Below, piece by piece: positions 30,563-41,100 of a stretch of 64,000 nt of DNA. Source of the stretch: Salinispira sp. (lineage in GTDB: Bacteria > Spirochaetota > Spirochaetia > DSM-27196 > Salinispiraceae); assembly GCA_965602015.1 (NCBI GenBank), contig OZ271918.1, positions 1,664,001-1,728,000 of the forward strand. Reading direction: 5' to 3'. The notes beneath the pieces are model-generated. The model was not told where the DNA came from. It saw only the letters and a program-made list of their open reading frames with translations, and did not search any database. The stretch's first letter is position 1. Each line of letters opens with the position of its first letter. The position numbers and the translations under genes were made by a program.

Positions 30563-32737
30563 TCACTCTGCTGGGAGTTTCCGCCCGAGGATAGTGCGGA
30601 CAAAAGCCCTCGCCCCGTCTGCAGCTAATAGGGCTTCCCTCATCTCATCATCTCGCATGGTCTTTGCAATGGAGGCTAAGAGCTGCAGATGGGGTTGGCG
30701 GTTTTCCGTTCCTGATGCAATGAGGAAAATTATGGTCGTCGGTTGTCCGTCAAGACTCTGAAAATCGATTCCTTCGGGTACAACGCCGACGGCAAGGGCC
30801 ATCCCCTTAACCCCCTCCGATCTCCCGTGGGGAATCGCAAGGCCCTTCTCCATTCCGGTGCTGAAACTGGCCTCCCGCTCGAACACATCCTTGAGAACAA
30901 GATCAGGATCCTCAAGCCGTCCCTCCCGGGCGAGACAGTCGACAAGTTCGCGGATAATACCGTCCTTGTCCCGAGCCTTTAGTGGTATAATAACCTGGGT
31001 CGGTATGAGGAAATCCTCGAGCTTGATGGTGCTTCGACCCGAGCCAGCAGCAACATCCCTTCGCAGCTCTTCAGGAACATTTATGGCGGTTATTCTCGCC
31101 ATTCGCTCCCGTACATGCACAATGACCTCATAGAGAAGGGTCTTTGCTATGCCGATATCCTGTGGTGCGCAGACAATTTCAATCTGTTTTTCATGGCGAT
31201 GAATTGTGAGATATATTTCATCCCGGCGAAGCCTATATACCGTGCCGGTGATTTCCAGCCGATGAACAAAAAATCCGTCTTCTTCAGCAATCCGGAGAAT
31301 ACCGTCGGTTATTAATGAGGTTATTTCTTCATTCGGCAAGTCGAGGGTTGAGGTTTCGGTCTGTACCCTCCCCCAGCTGCCTTTTGTACCCGCCCCGCCA
31401 CGTCTTAAGGAGAGGGCAAAAAGCGGGGCCCCGAGGCCTACCGAGAAGACAATCATTACAACCATGACTTGAAAGACCTCAAGGGAAAAGTCTCCGAGGG
31501 CAAGCCCCAGAGATGAAATTATCAATGCGACCTCGCCACGGGGAACCGTGCCGAGCCCGACCCTCAGAGCACCCCAGCCGGTGAAACCCGAAGCCAGTGC
31601 AGGCACCGCGCTACCGGCAATTTTTGCGAAGCCCGACAGGAGAGCAAACCCGAGTCCCGGCAGTATGATAGACGGATCCATGAGAACCCGAAAGTCCACG
31701 AGCATTCCCATTACCACATACAGCACCGGTACGAAGAACTCAGATATTGACTGAGACTTCTCGGCGAGAACATCCCCCATATCCGTGCGGGAAAAAGACA
31801 GACCTACCACATAGGCTCCGATAATAGCCGCGACTCCAAAGACCTCAAAGATCCCGGAGAGCGCAAGGGAAAAGGCCAGTACAAAGACAAGAAAGAGATT
31901 GGGATTTCCCCATCTTCTGAGAACTCGTGCAAGGTGAGGCGCAATAAGGAATGAGAACAGGGTTCCGCCCAACAGCATGCCGATGGCTCCCAAGGTAACC
32001 GGCAGCGCCGCGGCCCACACATCACCGCCGGGTTCGCTTCCGAGCTCCACAGCACCCACAGCGACGGCAATGGCTAAAATGACAATGGCAAAACCGTCCT
32101 GGAGCAATGAAGTACTGACAATGGTTGCCCCCTCGGGGCTGACCATTTGATGCTGTCCATGCAGAATCCTCGCCTGTACCCCCAAGGATGTGGAAACCGA
32201 AAGGGCTGCCAGGAAGAATACCCGACGATCCAACAGGGTAAATCCGAAAAACATGGTTCCGATCAACACTCCTGCCAACAAGGCCAGGATGCTGCTTCCC
32301 ATAGCCACCGCGAAACCCCTTCTGCGGGTCCGGGAAAAAAGCCCGACGTCGGATTCCAGCCCCACAACGAGTATATGAATTACCGCGCCTACCGCCGCGA
32401 ACGCATATAATTGAAGGGGTATTGGAAAAGCCCCCTGGCTGAGGGGAACCAAACCGTCGCTGAATCCGGGGATGGGCAGGCTCCCTAAGGCGTAAGGACC
32501 GAGAATTACTCCAACAGTCACCTCCCCCATAAGGGCGGGCAGATGGAGCCAACGTGCGATCCTGCCCGAAACCTTGGCGGCGAGAAGAATTACTCCGAGT
32601 TGGAGAAGCAGGCGGGTTACTTCATGGGTTACCACCACGTCCTGTAACCCTTCAACAGCCCCAAGGGGCAGTATCGTAATAAAAAGCCCAATAAAAAGCA
32701 GGGGAAACGTCTTATTTTTTGGGTGAAATACGTCCAT
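30563..32737 (-). CDS. CPA2 cation:proton antiporter fused to PTS EIIA domain
   Basis: ~13 TMs with VPRGEVAL; C-terminal ERE..STG...LAIPHGR. Confidence 0.88.
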   Translation of the reverse strand: MDVFHPKNKTFPLLFIGLFITILPLGAVEGLQDVVVTHEVTRLLLQLGVILLAAKVSGRIARWLHLPALMGEVTVGVILGPYALGSLPIPGFSDGLVPLSQGAFPIPLQLYAFAAVGAVIHILVVGLESDVGLFSRTRRRGFAVAMGSSILALLAGVLIGTMFFGFTLLDRRVFFLAALSVSTSLGVQARILHGQHQMVSPEGATIVSTSLLQDGFAIVILAIAVAVGAVELGSEPGGDVWAAALPVTLGAIGMLLGGTLFSFLIAPHLARVLRRWGNPNLFLVFVLAFSLALSGIFEVFGVAAIIGAYVVGLSFSRTDMGDVLAEKSQSISEFFVPVLYVVMGMLVDFRVLMDPSIILPGLGFALLSGFAKIAGSAVPALASGFTGWGALRVGLGTVPRGEVALIISSLGLALGDFSLEVFQVMVVMIVFSVGLGAPLFALSLRRGGAGTKGSWGRVQTETSTLDLPNEEITSLITDGILRIAEEDGFFVHRLEITGTVYRLRRDEIYLTIHRHEKQIEIVCAPQDIGIAKTLLYEVIVHVRERMARITAINVPEELRRDVAAGSGRSTIKLEDFLIPTQVIIPLKARDKDGIIRELVDCLAREGRLEDPDLVLKDVFEREASFSTGMEKGLAIPHGRSEGVKGMALAVGVVPEGIDFQSLDGQPTTIIFLIASGTENRQPHLQLLASIAKTMRDDEMREALLAADGARAFVRTILGRKLPAE

Positions 32738-32803
32738 CTCTTAACTGTAATAGCTCGTAGGCTTGGAGACAAGTATCATCAAATCCCCCGCGATGTGGAG
32801 AGC

Positions 32804-33226
32804 TTATGTAGGAGTTACATCGCGTATCAGGGATTTAACCAGGTCTCTCTCTAACGGTCCATAGCGATATCCTTGATTGGTAATCGATGAAGCTGTGCCC
32901 TGTGGAAAGAGTTCCGCGGGATTTCTGGTATCACCGGGACATGGATTGATGTGGAGGAAATCGCCCTCTGCAGTTTTTTCGTGGATTATCGCGGGCTTTT
33001 CAAGGGCGAAACAGAGCTCGGAGTACGTGTTGAGCAATGCAGGACGCAGCCCCTTGGTACTCAAATAGCCCTGATTCATGGCCCGCTCCAAATCCCGTCG
33101 CTCGTTTTCCCGTAAGCGGTGCGGAACTGCCCTCGATCCGATACGTCTGCGGCTAGCCTGGCCCCGAGAAAGTTTCATGATATCATCCACGAGTTCTTTG
33201 CTTCTTTTCTGTTCGCGTTTTGACAT
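32804..33226 (-). CDS. hypothetical protein
   Basis: ORF in line with the SDR operon; basic N-terminus. Confidence 0.6.
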   Translation of the reverse strand: MSKREQKRSKELVDDIMKLSRGQASRRRIGSRAVPHRLRENERRDLERAMNQGYLSTKGLRPALLNTYSELCFALEKPAIIHEKTAEGDFLHINPCPGDTRNPAELFPQGTASSITNQGYRYGPLERDLVKSLIRDVTPT

Positions 33227-33240
33227 TGCTTCCGGACCCG

Positions 33241-33894
33241 CTACCAGGCCAATTTCCCGCCCTGATAATCAACAAAGCCAAAATGATCGGTTTTGCGGAT
33301 GGTTTCTATCATGCTCGATACCGAAAACTTTATCTCGAGGGAGGCGTTGGATCCGCCCATATCAGTTTTCACCCATCCGGGATGAATCAGGATAATAGTT
33401 TGACCTTGTAAGCGGTGCTGCAATTTGCGCCCAAGCATATTGAGGGCCGCCTTGCTCACGCTGTAGGCTACAGCATAGTCCCCATCAGCCATGGCTATGC
33501 TGGCAAGGCTTGAAGAAAGCATGACGAACTTTCCGTCGGTTTTTACATGGGGAAGCAGCGCCTTCACGATATTCATTGGTCCTACTACATTTGTGCGGAA
33601 ACTGCTCATCAGATCTTCATCGGTGGGAAAACCATCAACCCGGGCAGCAGGCAAAATTCCCGCATTATTAATACAGATATCCAGCCGCTCATCACCGATA
33701 AGCTGTCGGATTTTCTCACCAAGCAGCGGGTCGGTCACATCTCCTTGAATCAGATTAATACCGGCAGTCTCTAACTCGCCGAGCACGCTGATGTCTCTGG
33801 CGACACCATAGACCTTGTTTCCCGCGCTAGCATACTGCAGCGCAAACTCCCGCCCTATTCCCCGGGATACTCCGGTTATAAGAATATTTTCCAT
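33241..33894 (-). CDS. SDR oxidoreductase (CsgA-like)
   Basis: TGVSRGIG, NNAG, YSVSK, HPGWVKTDMGG. Confidence 0.92.
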   Translation of the reverse strand: MENILITGVSRGIGREFALQYASAGNKVYGVARDISVLGELETAGINLIQGDVTDPLLGEKIRQLIGDERLDICINNAGILPAARVDGFPTDEDLMSSFRTNVVGPMNIVKALLPHVKTDGKFVMLSSSLASIAMADGDYAVAYSVSKAALNMLGRKLQHRLQGQTIILIHPGWVKTDMGGSNASLEIKFSVSSMIETIRKTDHFGFVDYQGGKLAW

Positions 33895-34005
33895 ACTATC
33901 AATATCGCGTTTTTAGTATGAGGTTCCAATAAAAAGTGCGGTGCATTTAAAATCAATGATTGCTATCCACCGGTCAGCTCCCGGCAAAAAAAACCAAAAT
34001 ACGTC

Positions 34006-34791
34006 TCAGATTCCCTTTGAGGCTATAAAAAGGGCTACATCAGCGCGTATTTTTAGACCGCCCTCCCCCGTCAGCTTCTTGTTAAATCTCGCCTTTATAT
34101 CGCCGTTATTTTTACGTACCAGTTCGGAAATCCTCTCGTCCTTTACCGATAGTAAATAATTCTGTATGGCATCAAAGTCGGTCACCAAAAGGGTATTGCG
34201 GTACCTTTCGATTTGTATCTGTGGAAAGGACTGAGCAAGAGCAGCCTCTCCGGATTCTGCACTAAACGAGGCGGTGATCAGGGTATTAGGCCATAAGCTC
34301 TCACCGGATATACCAATAAAGTCTCGCAACTCCGCAAGATGGAGCATCGAGTTTGTGGTGGCATAGAGAGTTCCCCGGGGCTTTAGCACCCGAAAAATCT
34401 CCGAGACCACTGTGCTCACATCCTCTGCATGGTAGAGATTGTGATTTGAAATGACGATATCGAATCGGGAATCGGGAAATGGAATGTTATGGTAATCGAT
34501 AGTTTTATATATGAATCGCTCGCTGCCCAGCATACTTCGCGATGAGACAAGCATTCCCTCGGATATGTCCGACAAAATGATTTCGGCTCTCGGGAATGAG
34601 CCGAGAAGATCCTTCCACAACATGCCGGTGCCGCATCCCAATTCAAGGATGTGAATATCTTCCTGTGGTGGAAATTTGCTAACGAGCCATTGGGATAGGG
34701 TCTCCTTGCGCAGTGCGTAATCGTAAATACTTATCCTCGCGTCCAGATTTCTCGAATCTTCATATTGCTCGCTTATCCGTTGTGAAACCAT
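34006..34791 (-). CDS. class I SAM-dependent methyltransferase
   Basis: ILELGCGTG; VLKPRG. Confidence 0.9.
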   Translation of the reverse strand: MVSQRISEQYEDSRNLDARISIYDYALRKETLSQWLVSKFPPQEDIHILELGCGTGMLWKDLLGSFPRAEIILSDISEGMLVSSRSMLGSERFIYKTIDYHNIPFPDSRFDIVISNHNLYHAEDVSTVVSEIFRVLKPRGTLYATTNSMLHLAELRDFIGISGESLWPNTLITASFSAESGEAALAQSFPQIQIERYRNTLLVTDFDAIQNYLLSVKDERISELVRKNNGDIKARFNKKLTGEGGLKIRADVALFIASKGI

Positions 34792-35509
34792 GATGTCGTT
34801 CTCCTGTTTGAATTATGCAATCTGCTCAACTATGCTGGACGTATATACACTATGAAACGAAATTTATTGTATCAGGTCAAGAGAACCATGTCCTTCAGGG
34901 ACGCCAGCCCGACCGAGCTGGAAGATCTCAGTAAATCACTGATGCTGTATATTTTCAGTTTTGTTGGCATAGGCTTGTTTGCCGTGTTTGCTGTGGTTTT
35001 TGCTCTCCGGGGAGAAATCGGACAGGTAATAATTAATGTAAATATCGTTCTAATCCTTGCCTTTATTGTGGTATTCGCCCAAACCGAGCTGATCCAAAAA
35101 ATCAAACTTCAAATCGGAATCATCATCATCATTTTTGCCACCATGTATCTCTTTGTCACTGCGGAGGAAGATGTATCTCGGATGTTCTGGATACTGAGCA
35201 TACCGCCGGCTTTGTACTTCCTCCTGCGTTTGAAGCCGGCGCTGATAATCAACACCCTCCTGTTGCTGTTTATATTCGGTTTTCTTTTTATGCCGTTTTC
35301 ACCCGCCGTTCCAGGCTACAATGTATCCGCAATCTACCGCACCCGCTTTGTCCTTAGTTACGGGGTAATTTCGATTTTATGTCTGGTATATGCAGCCGTG
35401 AGACAAGAGATGCATCGCCGGCTCATGGAAAACCGCGAGGTGTTAGAAAAGCAGAATACAGAACTTAATTCCGCAAATGAACATGTGAAGCTGCTTCATC
35501 GAGAAATGA

Positions 35510-36860
35510 GATCACGTCCAATAATGTTCGCAATTTAGAAAAGTAAAAGGAGCCACAATTCTCTCCGAAGGTTAAGTAGCGATACACAACCAGAAGGAGT
35601 AAGTAATCATGGCCCCAAAAAACTCTACCGCAGATTTCAAGAATCTGCTATCCCAATTCACCGGTGAATCCGATCCCTTGTTTGAGATGCTCAAATGGAC
35701 AACAGAGCAGCTTATGAAAATCGAAGTCGAATCCAAGGTCGGTGCCCCCAAAGGTCAGCACTCCCACAACCGGGCTACTCACTTTTCCGGAACACGGGTT
35801 CGCCGTTTTGATACCCGATTAGGTACCATGTATCTGGTGGTTCCAAAGCTCCGAAAGGGAGGGTATATCCCCTTCTTTGTCACCGAGAAGCGCCGGTCTG
35901 AGCAGGCGCTTCTTCAGGTTGTCCAGGAAGCATTCATTAACGGCGTTTCAACCCGGAAGATTGATCGTCTGGCAAAACAGCTGGGAATCGAGAATATTTC
36001 CGCAAGCCAGGTTTCAGAAATCAACAAAGGTCTTGATGAACAGGTTGATACATTTCGCAATCGCCCCCTTGAAGCGGAGTACCCAGTAATCTGGATAGAC
36101 GCCCTGTATGAAAAGATCCGGGATGACGGGAGAGTCTACAATCATGCGGTTATGGTCGTGTGCGGCCTCAACAGGGCTGGAGAACGGGAAATCCTGGCCA
36201 TAGAGCCCATGGATGCTGAAAATGAAGACAATTACCGGTTCCTGATCCAGAGGTTGAAGGAGCGTGGCCTTCGGTCCGTGTGGCTTGTGGTCTCAGATGC
36301 GCATCTGGGATTGAAGAATGCTATCCAGAAAGAATTCCTTGGTTCCAGCTGGCAACGCTGCAAAGTACATTTCATGCGGAACGTGTTGGCAAAAGTGAGA
36401 GCCAAACACAAAGAGCATGTTGCCGCCCGTATCAAACATATCTGGCTTCAACCGGATGCCGGTACCGCACGGGAATATGCCAAACAGGTGATGGATGATC
36501 TGGAATCGCAATTCCCTGAGGCGGTGGAAATCCTGGATAACGGACTTGAAGACTCACTCCAGTTCTATGAATTTCCAAAGCTCGATCATCGGAAGGTCGC
36601 TTCGACAAACATGCTGGAAAGACTGAACCGGGAGATCCGTCGGCGGTCGAAAGTCGTCGGGATTTTCCCATCTCAGGATTCTTACCTGAGATTGGTGACC
36701 TGTTTCCTGATTGAATACACGGAAGACTGGACAGCCGGCAAGGCCTATATTAAAAAGGAAATACTGGATGAGCAACGAGATCTCATCCCGAAAATAGCCG
36801 CTTAACCCGCTGGAGGAAGCTGGCTCCTACATGAAATTGCGAACTAATTTGGACACCATT
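35510..36860 (+). mobile_element. IS256 family element, copy 1 (1351 bp)
   Basis: Imperfect IRs GATCACGTCCAATAATGTTCGCAAT / ATTGCGAACTAATTTGGACACCATT; 9-bp TSD GAGAAATGA. Confidence 0.95.
35609..36805 (+). CDS. IS256 family transposase
   Basis: GVSTRK, IDA, VSDAH, QRCKVHF, STNMLERLNREIRRR. Confidence 0.95.
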   Translation: MAPKNSTADFKNLLSQFTGESDPLFEMLKWTTEQLMKIEVESKVGAPKGQHSHNRATHFSGTRVRRFDTRLGTMYLVVPKLRKGGYIPFFVTEKRRSEQALLQVVQEAFINGVSTRKIDRLAKQLGIENISASQVSEINKGLDEQVDTFRNRPLEAEYPVIWIDALYEKIRDDGRVYNHAVMVVCGLNRAGEREILAIEPMDAENEDNYRFLIQRLKERGLRSVWLVVSDAHLGLKNAIQKEFLGSSWQRCKVHFMRNVLAKVRAKHKEHVAARIKHIWLQPDAGTAREYAKQVMDDLESQFPEAVEILDNGLEDSLQFYEFPKLDHRKVASTNMLERLNREIRRRSKVVGIFPSQDSYLRLVTCFLIEYTEDWTAGKAYIKKEILDEQRDLIPKIAA

Positions 36861-37448
36861 GAGAAATGAACCATCGTGTTAAGAACAGCTTGAGCATAAT
36901 CAACAGCATCATCGACCTCGAAACTTCACAGATTGATGATCCACGAGTCCGGGATACCCTCGATACAATTCAATCGAGAATATTCACCGTTGGCTTGGTT
37001 CACGACAAGCTTTCTGCCCGTCCAAGTTCGAACGATGTTAGTCTTTCGGAATACTTACATACCGTCATACACCAGATCATTGATTCTCACAGTACGGTAG
37101 AGATCGATCTTGAACTCGACCTGCAGTCCATCACCCTCGATTCCTCCAGGACAGTCTCAATCGGTCTGGTCGTTTCCGAGCTATTAATCAATGCCATAAA
37201 ATACGCTTTTGCGGAGAATAATTACTGCAATATCAAGGTTTCGATGGAGGAAATATCAGATACCATCAGAATTCGACTGGCCGACAACGGGAAATCCGCT
37301 GACATCAATAAGCTAAAAGCCCGAAGCGGTTCAATCGGAATGGCGCTTATCTGGGGAATTGTCGAGCAGCTCGGCGGGACGATGGAGATTAAAACCACAG
37401 CGGGCACGGAATTCGAAATACGCATTCCGACGCAACGCCCGGTGTAAC

Positions 37449-37484
37449 AAGAAGGTCGTCCTGAAAATCCTGGACAACCTTCTT
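37449..37484. terminator. hairpin between convergent genes
   Basis: AAGAAGGTCGTCC..GGACAACCTTCTT. Confidence 0.6.
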
Positions 37485-37496
37485 TATATGCTGGGG

Positions 37497-39695
37497 CTAC
37501 GGGCGAATATCGCCGAAAAAATACAATCGGTGATTGTGCGGGTCAACATAATCATCAAAGGAAAAAATTACCAGCACAGTCCCGTCGCTGTTGGTAGTAA
37601 AAAGTGATTTGTCAGAAGTATTGACCGAATCATCGTAGGGAACAGTACCGACGTGCACATACGAACGATTGAAGATCTTAAGACCATCTCCGTAGGTGTA
37701 AACATAGGTGTCATCGGGGCTGAACGCAGCGTATCTCGGATAAGCACCGGAGTTCCACTCCCCTGCATACGCGGAAATATTCCCCGGATTGATGTCAAAC
37801 ATTGTATATCCCGTGCCGTTGCCGCCGCCCATTGCATAGATGAGGCTCGCCTCATCGGGGCTGGTTACCAAAAATTGTCCATTGCCCCCATAGTCCCGCT
37901 GTACGCTCAATTCCGTAATGGAGCTTCCGGAAATGCCCCAGGACTTCAGCGTGGCGGAGGAGATACCCTCGTCGCCGGTTAGGATATCACCACTTGAGTC
38001 GGTAATAGCCAAAAGCGTTCCGTCCGCCTGACCGCTTGCGATATCATTTCCATTATCCATATCGATGACAAAAAGATCTTCTCCCTCGGTGAGCACATAA
38101 ATTCGGCGGCTAACAGGTGCAATCTCCATCTGCCGGGTTTTCCGGGTCTCAGCTCCTGAATCGAAATCAAACTCAGACAGGAAAGACGATGTTCCCAGAT
38201 TATACCGGCTTATCTGATCATTAAATGCATAGGCTATGTATAAGCTGTTGTCCGGTTGGGAAAATCCGATGGAAATGGGGTTTGTATAGGGTAGATCGAT
38301 GAGTGAATCAATCCTTTCATTATTCACGTCAATTTTCACGAGGTGATGCTGAGTATAATCCACGCCGTAGACCCATTGGGGATCACCGGAAGCGGTCAGC
38401 TCGGTAATTTCCCCCAGCGGTATGTAGGGCACCACTGCCGAAGCAGTAGCTGTATTGCCGTTCCCCACATTGTCCTCAAAGGTATTTTCCACAATTTCAA
38501 TACTGACGTCGCCCTGAAATGATGGAATGACTTGAACAATAAACCGCATACCAGGGGAGTAGTCCATATCTCTGTTGATTCTCTCGACTACCCCATTTAC
38601 AACATTAACATCCGATGAGCTTAACGGAGAAAAGGTATTTTCATCGACAAGCACCTCGAAATCGATCAAAGAATAATAGTAGGGGCTTTCTGACGGTCCG
38701 CTGATCGTTACGCTCGGCGCAGTCCCATCATATTCGATTGTGGATGTCTCTGCTGAGTTTGAAGCCCCATCAATGTTGGTAACCGTGTCGGCCGGAAGGG
38801 ATACGATCACATCCCCGTCGGCAATAGGCGTGACGTGAAGGGAAAAAACAATATTGTCAGCCGTCGTCAGCGAGCTCACTGTTCCGTTGGTAATGTCAAA
38901 GTCCGCATCACTGAGGTCGCTGATTTCACCGTCAAAGGTTAAGAGAAAAAGAATGGGAGATTCGTTGGTGCGTAAGAGATTAGGTTCAGGGCGGATATCG
39001 ACATTGATGCCGCTGGATATGGTAATGGTATAGGTTGCAATAGCCTCTTCGGAATATTCGCCCGAAAGACGGGTAACCGCCCGGACAGTCGTGGTTTCGC
39101 TTAGTAAAATTGGGGAAACATAGACACTGCGAGTCGCGCTGCTTGTCGGATCGCTATTGTCCAAGGTGTAGTAGATTGTCCCGCTGCTCTCGGTGGTACT
39201 TAACTCCACTTCTAACGGGGAACTATAGTTTCCTCCAAGTATATTAAATTCCGGCGAGGCGACTTGTGATTGGGGGGGAGCGTTTACATCAACACCATTG
39301 TGAATAAAGCTGAAGGTATCTTCATTAATAATAAGCTCATAGCTTTCGCCATCCTCAAACAGGAATTCGAAGGTATCACCGGTAAGCGATGAGATCAGGC
39401 GGGTGGTGTAATTCGTATTGCCAAGCACATGGGTGTACCAGATGTTTATAGACTGATCCAGCGGCACCTGGTCAAACATGACATTCGATCCGCTCGCCAC
39501 GGGTTGTGAAACTGCCAGAGCTTCCCGGGTAGAATAATCCCCAAAATTAATAACGATATTTTCATCGCTTGAGTTATTGGTAATCCGCAATTCTGCTGAT
39601 GGCTCGGGGAGATCCGGCCCCAAAATAAAATCACAGCCGGTAAAAAAAAGTATAACTGCGCTTATTACAATAATTGCTTTGCCCGTGTTTTTCAT
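37497..39695 (-). CDS. surface lipoprotein with Fn3-associated/Ig-like domains and C-terminal beta-propeller
   Basis: FTGC lipobox; IYYTLD.SDP; two Ig-like repeats; FSPDD propeller motifs. Confidence 0.8.
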   Translation of the reverse strand: MKNTGKAIIVISAVILFFTGCDFILGPDLPEPSAELRITNNSSDENIVINFGDYSTREALAVSQPVASGSNVMFDQVPLDQSINIWYTHVLGNTNYTTRLISSLTGDTFEFLFEDGESYELIINEDTFSFIHNGVDVNAPPQSQVASPEFNILGGNYSSPLEVELSTTESSGTIYYTLDNSDPTSSATRSVYVSPILLSETTTVRAVTRLSGEYSEEAIATYTITISSGINVDIRPEPNLLRTNESPILFLLTFDGEISDLSDADFDITNGTVSSLTTADNIVFSLHVTPIADGDVIVSLPADTVTNIDGASNSAETSTIEYDGTAPSVTISGPSESPYYYSLIDFEVLVDENTFSPLSSSDVNVVNGVVERINRDMDYSPGMRFIVQVIPSFQGDVSIEIVENTFEDNVGNGNTATASAVVPYIPLGEITELTASGDPQWVYGVDYTQHHLVKIDVNNERIDSLIDLPYTNPISIGFSQPDNSLYIAYAFNDQISRYNLGTSSFLSEFDFDSGAETRKTRQMEIAPVSRRIYVLTEGEDLFVIDMDNGNDIASGQADGTLLAITDSSGDILTGDEGISSATLKSWGISGSSITELSVQRDYGGNGQFLVTSPDEASLIYAMGGGNGTGYTMFDINPGNISAYAGEWNSGAYPRYAAFSPDDTYVYTYGDGLKIFNRSYVHVGTVPYDDSVNTSDKSLFTTNSDGTVLVIFSFDDYVDPHNHRLYFFGDIRP

Positions 39696-39723
39696 AATGT
39701 CTCCAAAAAATGTATAAAGGGGT

Positions 39724-40974
39724 GGGCACCTCTGGAAACTCGATGTTCAGCCGCCTGGATGCGCATAACACCTGGTTTTCCTTTTTACCCGCTTACTTTT
39801 TCACATCGGTAACTGCGGTCACCGATCCATTGCTATCTATTCCGGTGGTTTACCCCACTGGTTGCTTAACCAGGAAGCAGAATCTCTGAAGATTGTACAC
39901 AAGGTTTCCAAGGCCAATCTCAAAATCTGCTCGTTGTAATCCTTTTCTCCGAATTACCCGGAAATTAAGAACATGCTTCTTGTGAGCAAATACATGCTCA
40001 ACCCGGGAGCGTGTTTTAGACCACAAGGCATTTTCTTTGCTCTGCTCCGCAGTAATCGGGGTACCGCGTTTTCCTTTGTGCATTATGCGGGCACAATCTT
40101 TTCCTGCTGTCCGGATTACCGCGGTTAAACATTTCTGTCCCCAGTAGCCCTTGTCCGCGAATACTTCCTGACGAAAATCCTGTTCCCTGTTCAGCACCGG
40201 CGCAAAAGACTCCGAATCATGGACTGACGCATTTGTTGAATGGTAGTCCAGTATTAACTTGGAACCGTTATCTATTTTTGCAGTATTCTTATAGCCAAAA
40301 TAGGACTTACCGTGTTTCACGGTCCAACCGGCATCCATATCAATCTGACTTCGACGAGGGCTGGATTCACTTTCTTCAGTATCCTCACTTTCAGCTTCAA
40401 ATTTCTCTTTTTCACCCTTCTTAAGATGACGTTTCGGCGCTTCAATAACCTCCGCATCAACAATACGTCCATCATTCAGGATAAGTTCGTTGTCGTACAA
40501 AACAGCATCAAATCTCCCGAACAGCTTTTTCATTGCTCCTGTTTTTGTCAGCTTCTCTCGAAACTCCCAGATGGTTTTTTCATCAGGCACCTTGTCACCG
40601 CTGCGAAGGCCAATAAAATCTCTGAAGCTTGTTCTGTCTTCAACCTGAAATTCCAGTTCCCCGTCGCTGAGATTATATATGCGTCCCAGAATCAGCATCT
40701 TAAACTTCATCAGTTCATCGAAAGCCGGGCGTCCACCCGGTCCTTTGGGGATGCTTTTGAGGGCTCTGCGGATAATCGGCCTAAAAATTTCCCAATTAAT
40801 GTGTTCATTCAGCTGCAGTAGCTTGTTACGCTTTCTAAGGCGCTCAAGTCTGGCATTTTCTTCACTGTCTGAAAATGATAATTGGGATCCCATATAAATC
40901 CTCCGGATGCAATCTCCGGTTATTCTAGATTCTTACTCTTCCTTTGTAAATTCTTTGAGTTTCCAGAGGTGCCC
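39724..40974 (-). mobile_element. IS5 family element, copy 1 (1251 bp)
   Basis: IR GGGCACCTCTGGAAACTC; 4-bp TSD GGGT. Confidence 0.95.
39850..40893 (-). CDS. IS5 family transposase
   Basis: GGRP, VPDEKTIWEFRE, IVDA, FGYK, ADKGY, RSRVEHVF. Confidence 0.93.
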   Translation of the reverse strand: MGSQLSFSDSEENARLERLRKRNKLLQLNEHINWEIFRPIIRRALKSIPKGPGGRPAFDELMKFKMLILGRIYNLSDGELEFQVEDRTSFRDFIGLRSGDKVPDEKTIWEFREKLTKTGAMKKLFGRFDAVLYDNELILNDGRIVDAEVIEAPKRHLKKGEKEKFEAESEDTEESESSPRRSQIDMDAGWTVKHGKSYFGYKNTAKIDNGSKLILDYHSTNASVHDSESFAPVLNREQDFRQEVFADKGYWGQKCLTAVIRTAGKDCARIMHKGKRGTPITAEQSKENALWSKTRSRVEHVFAHKKHVLNFRVIRRKGLQRADFEIGLGNLVYNLQRFCFLVKQPVG

Positions 40975-41100
40975 GGGTATTTTTTGAATTATTATAACTA
41001 TATCACGAATTGAGGAATCGCAAAAGACAAAAGCTTTCTTTTTTTACTCGAACGCCTCGGAGATTTATCAAAACTTGTGCGCGCAATAAACGAACTGCAA

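Larger units (their letters stand above)
34852..37447 (+). pseudogene. membrane sensor histidine kinase (HisKA_2/HWE type) split by IS256
   Basis: 5' part ends LLHREM and 3' part begins NHRVKNSL; the halves rejoin after removing the IS and one GAGAAATGA copy. Confidence 0.9.
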
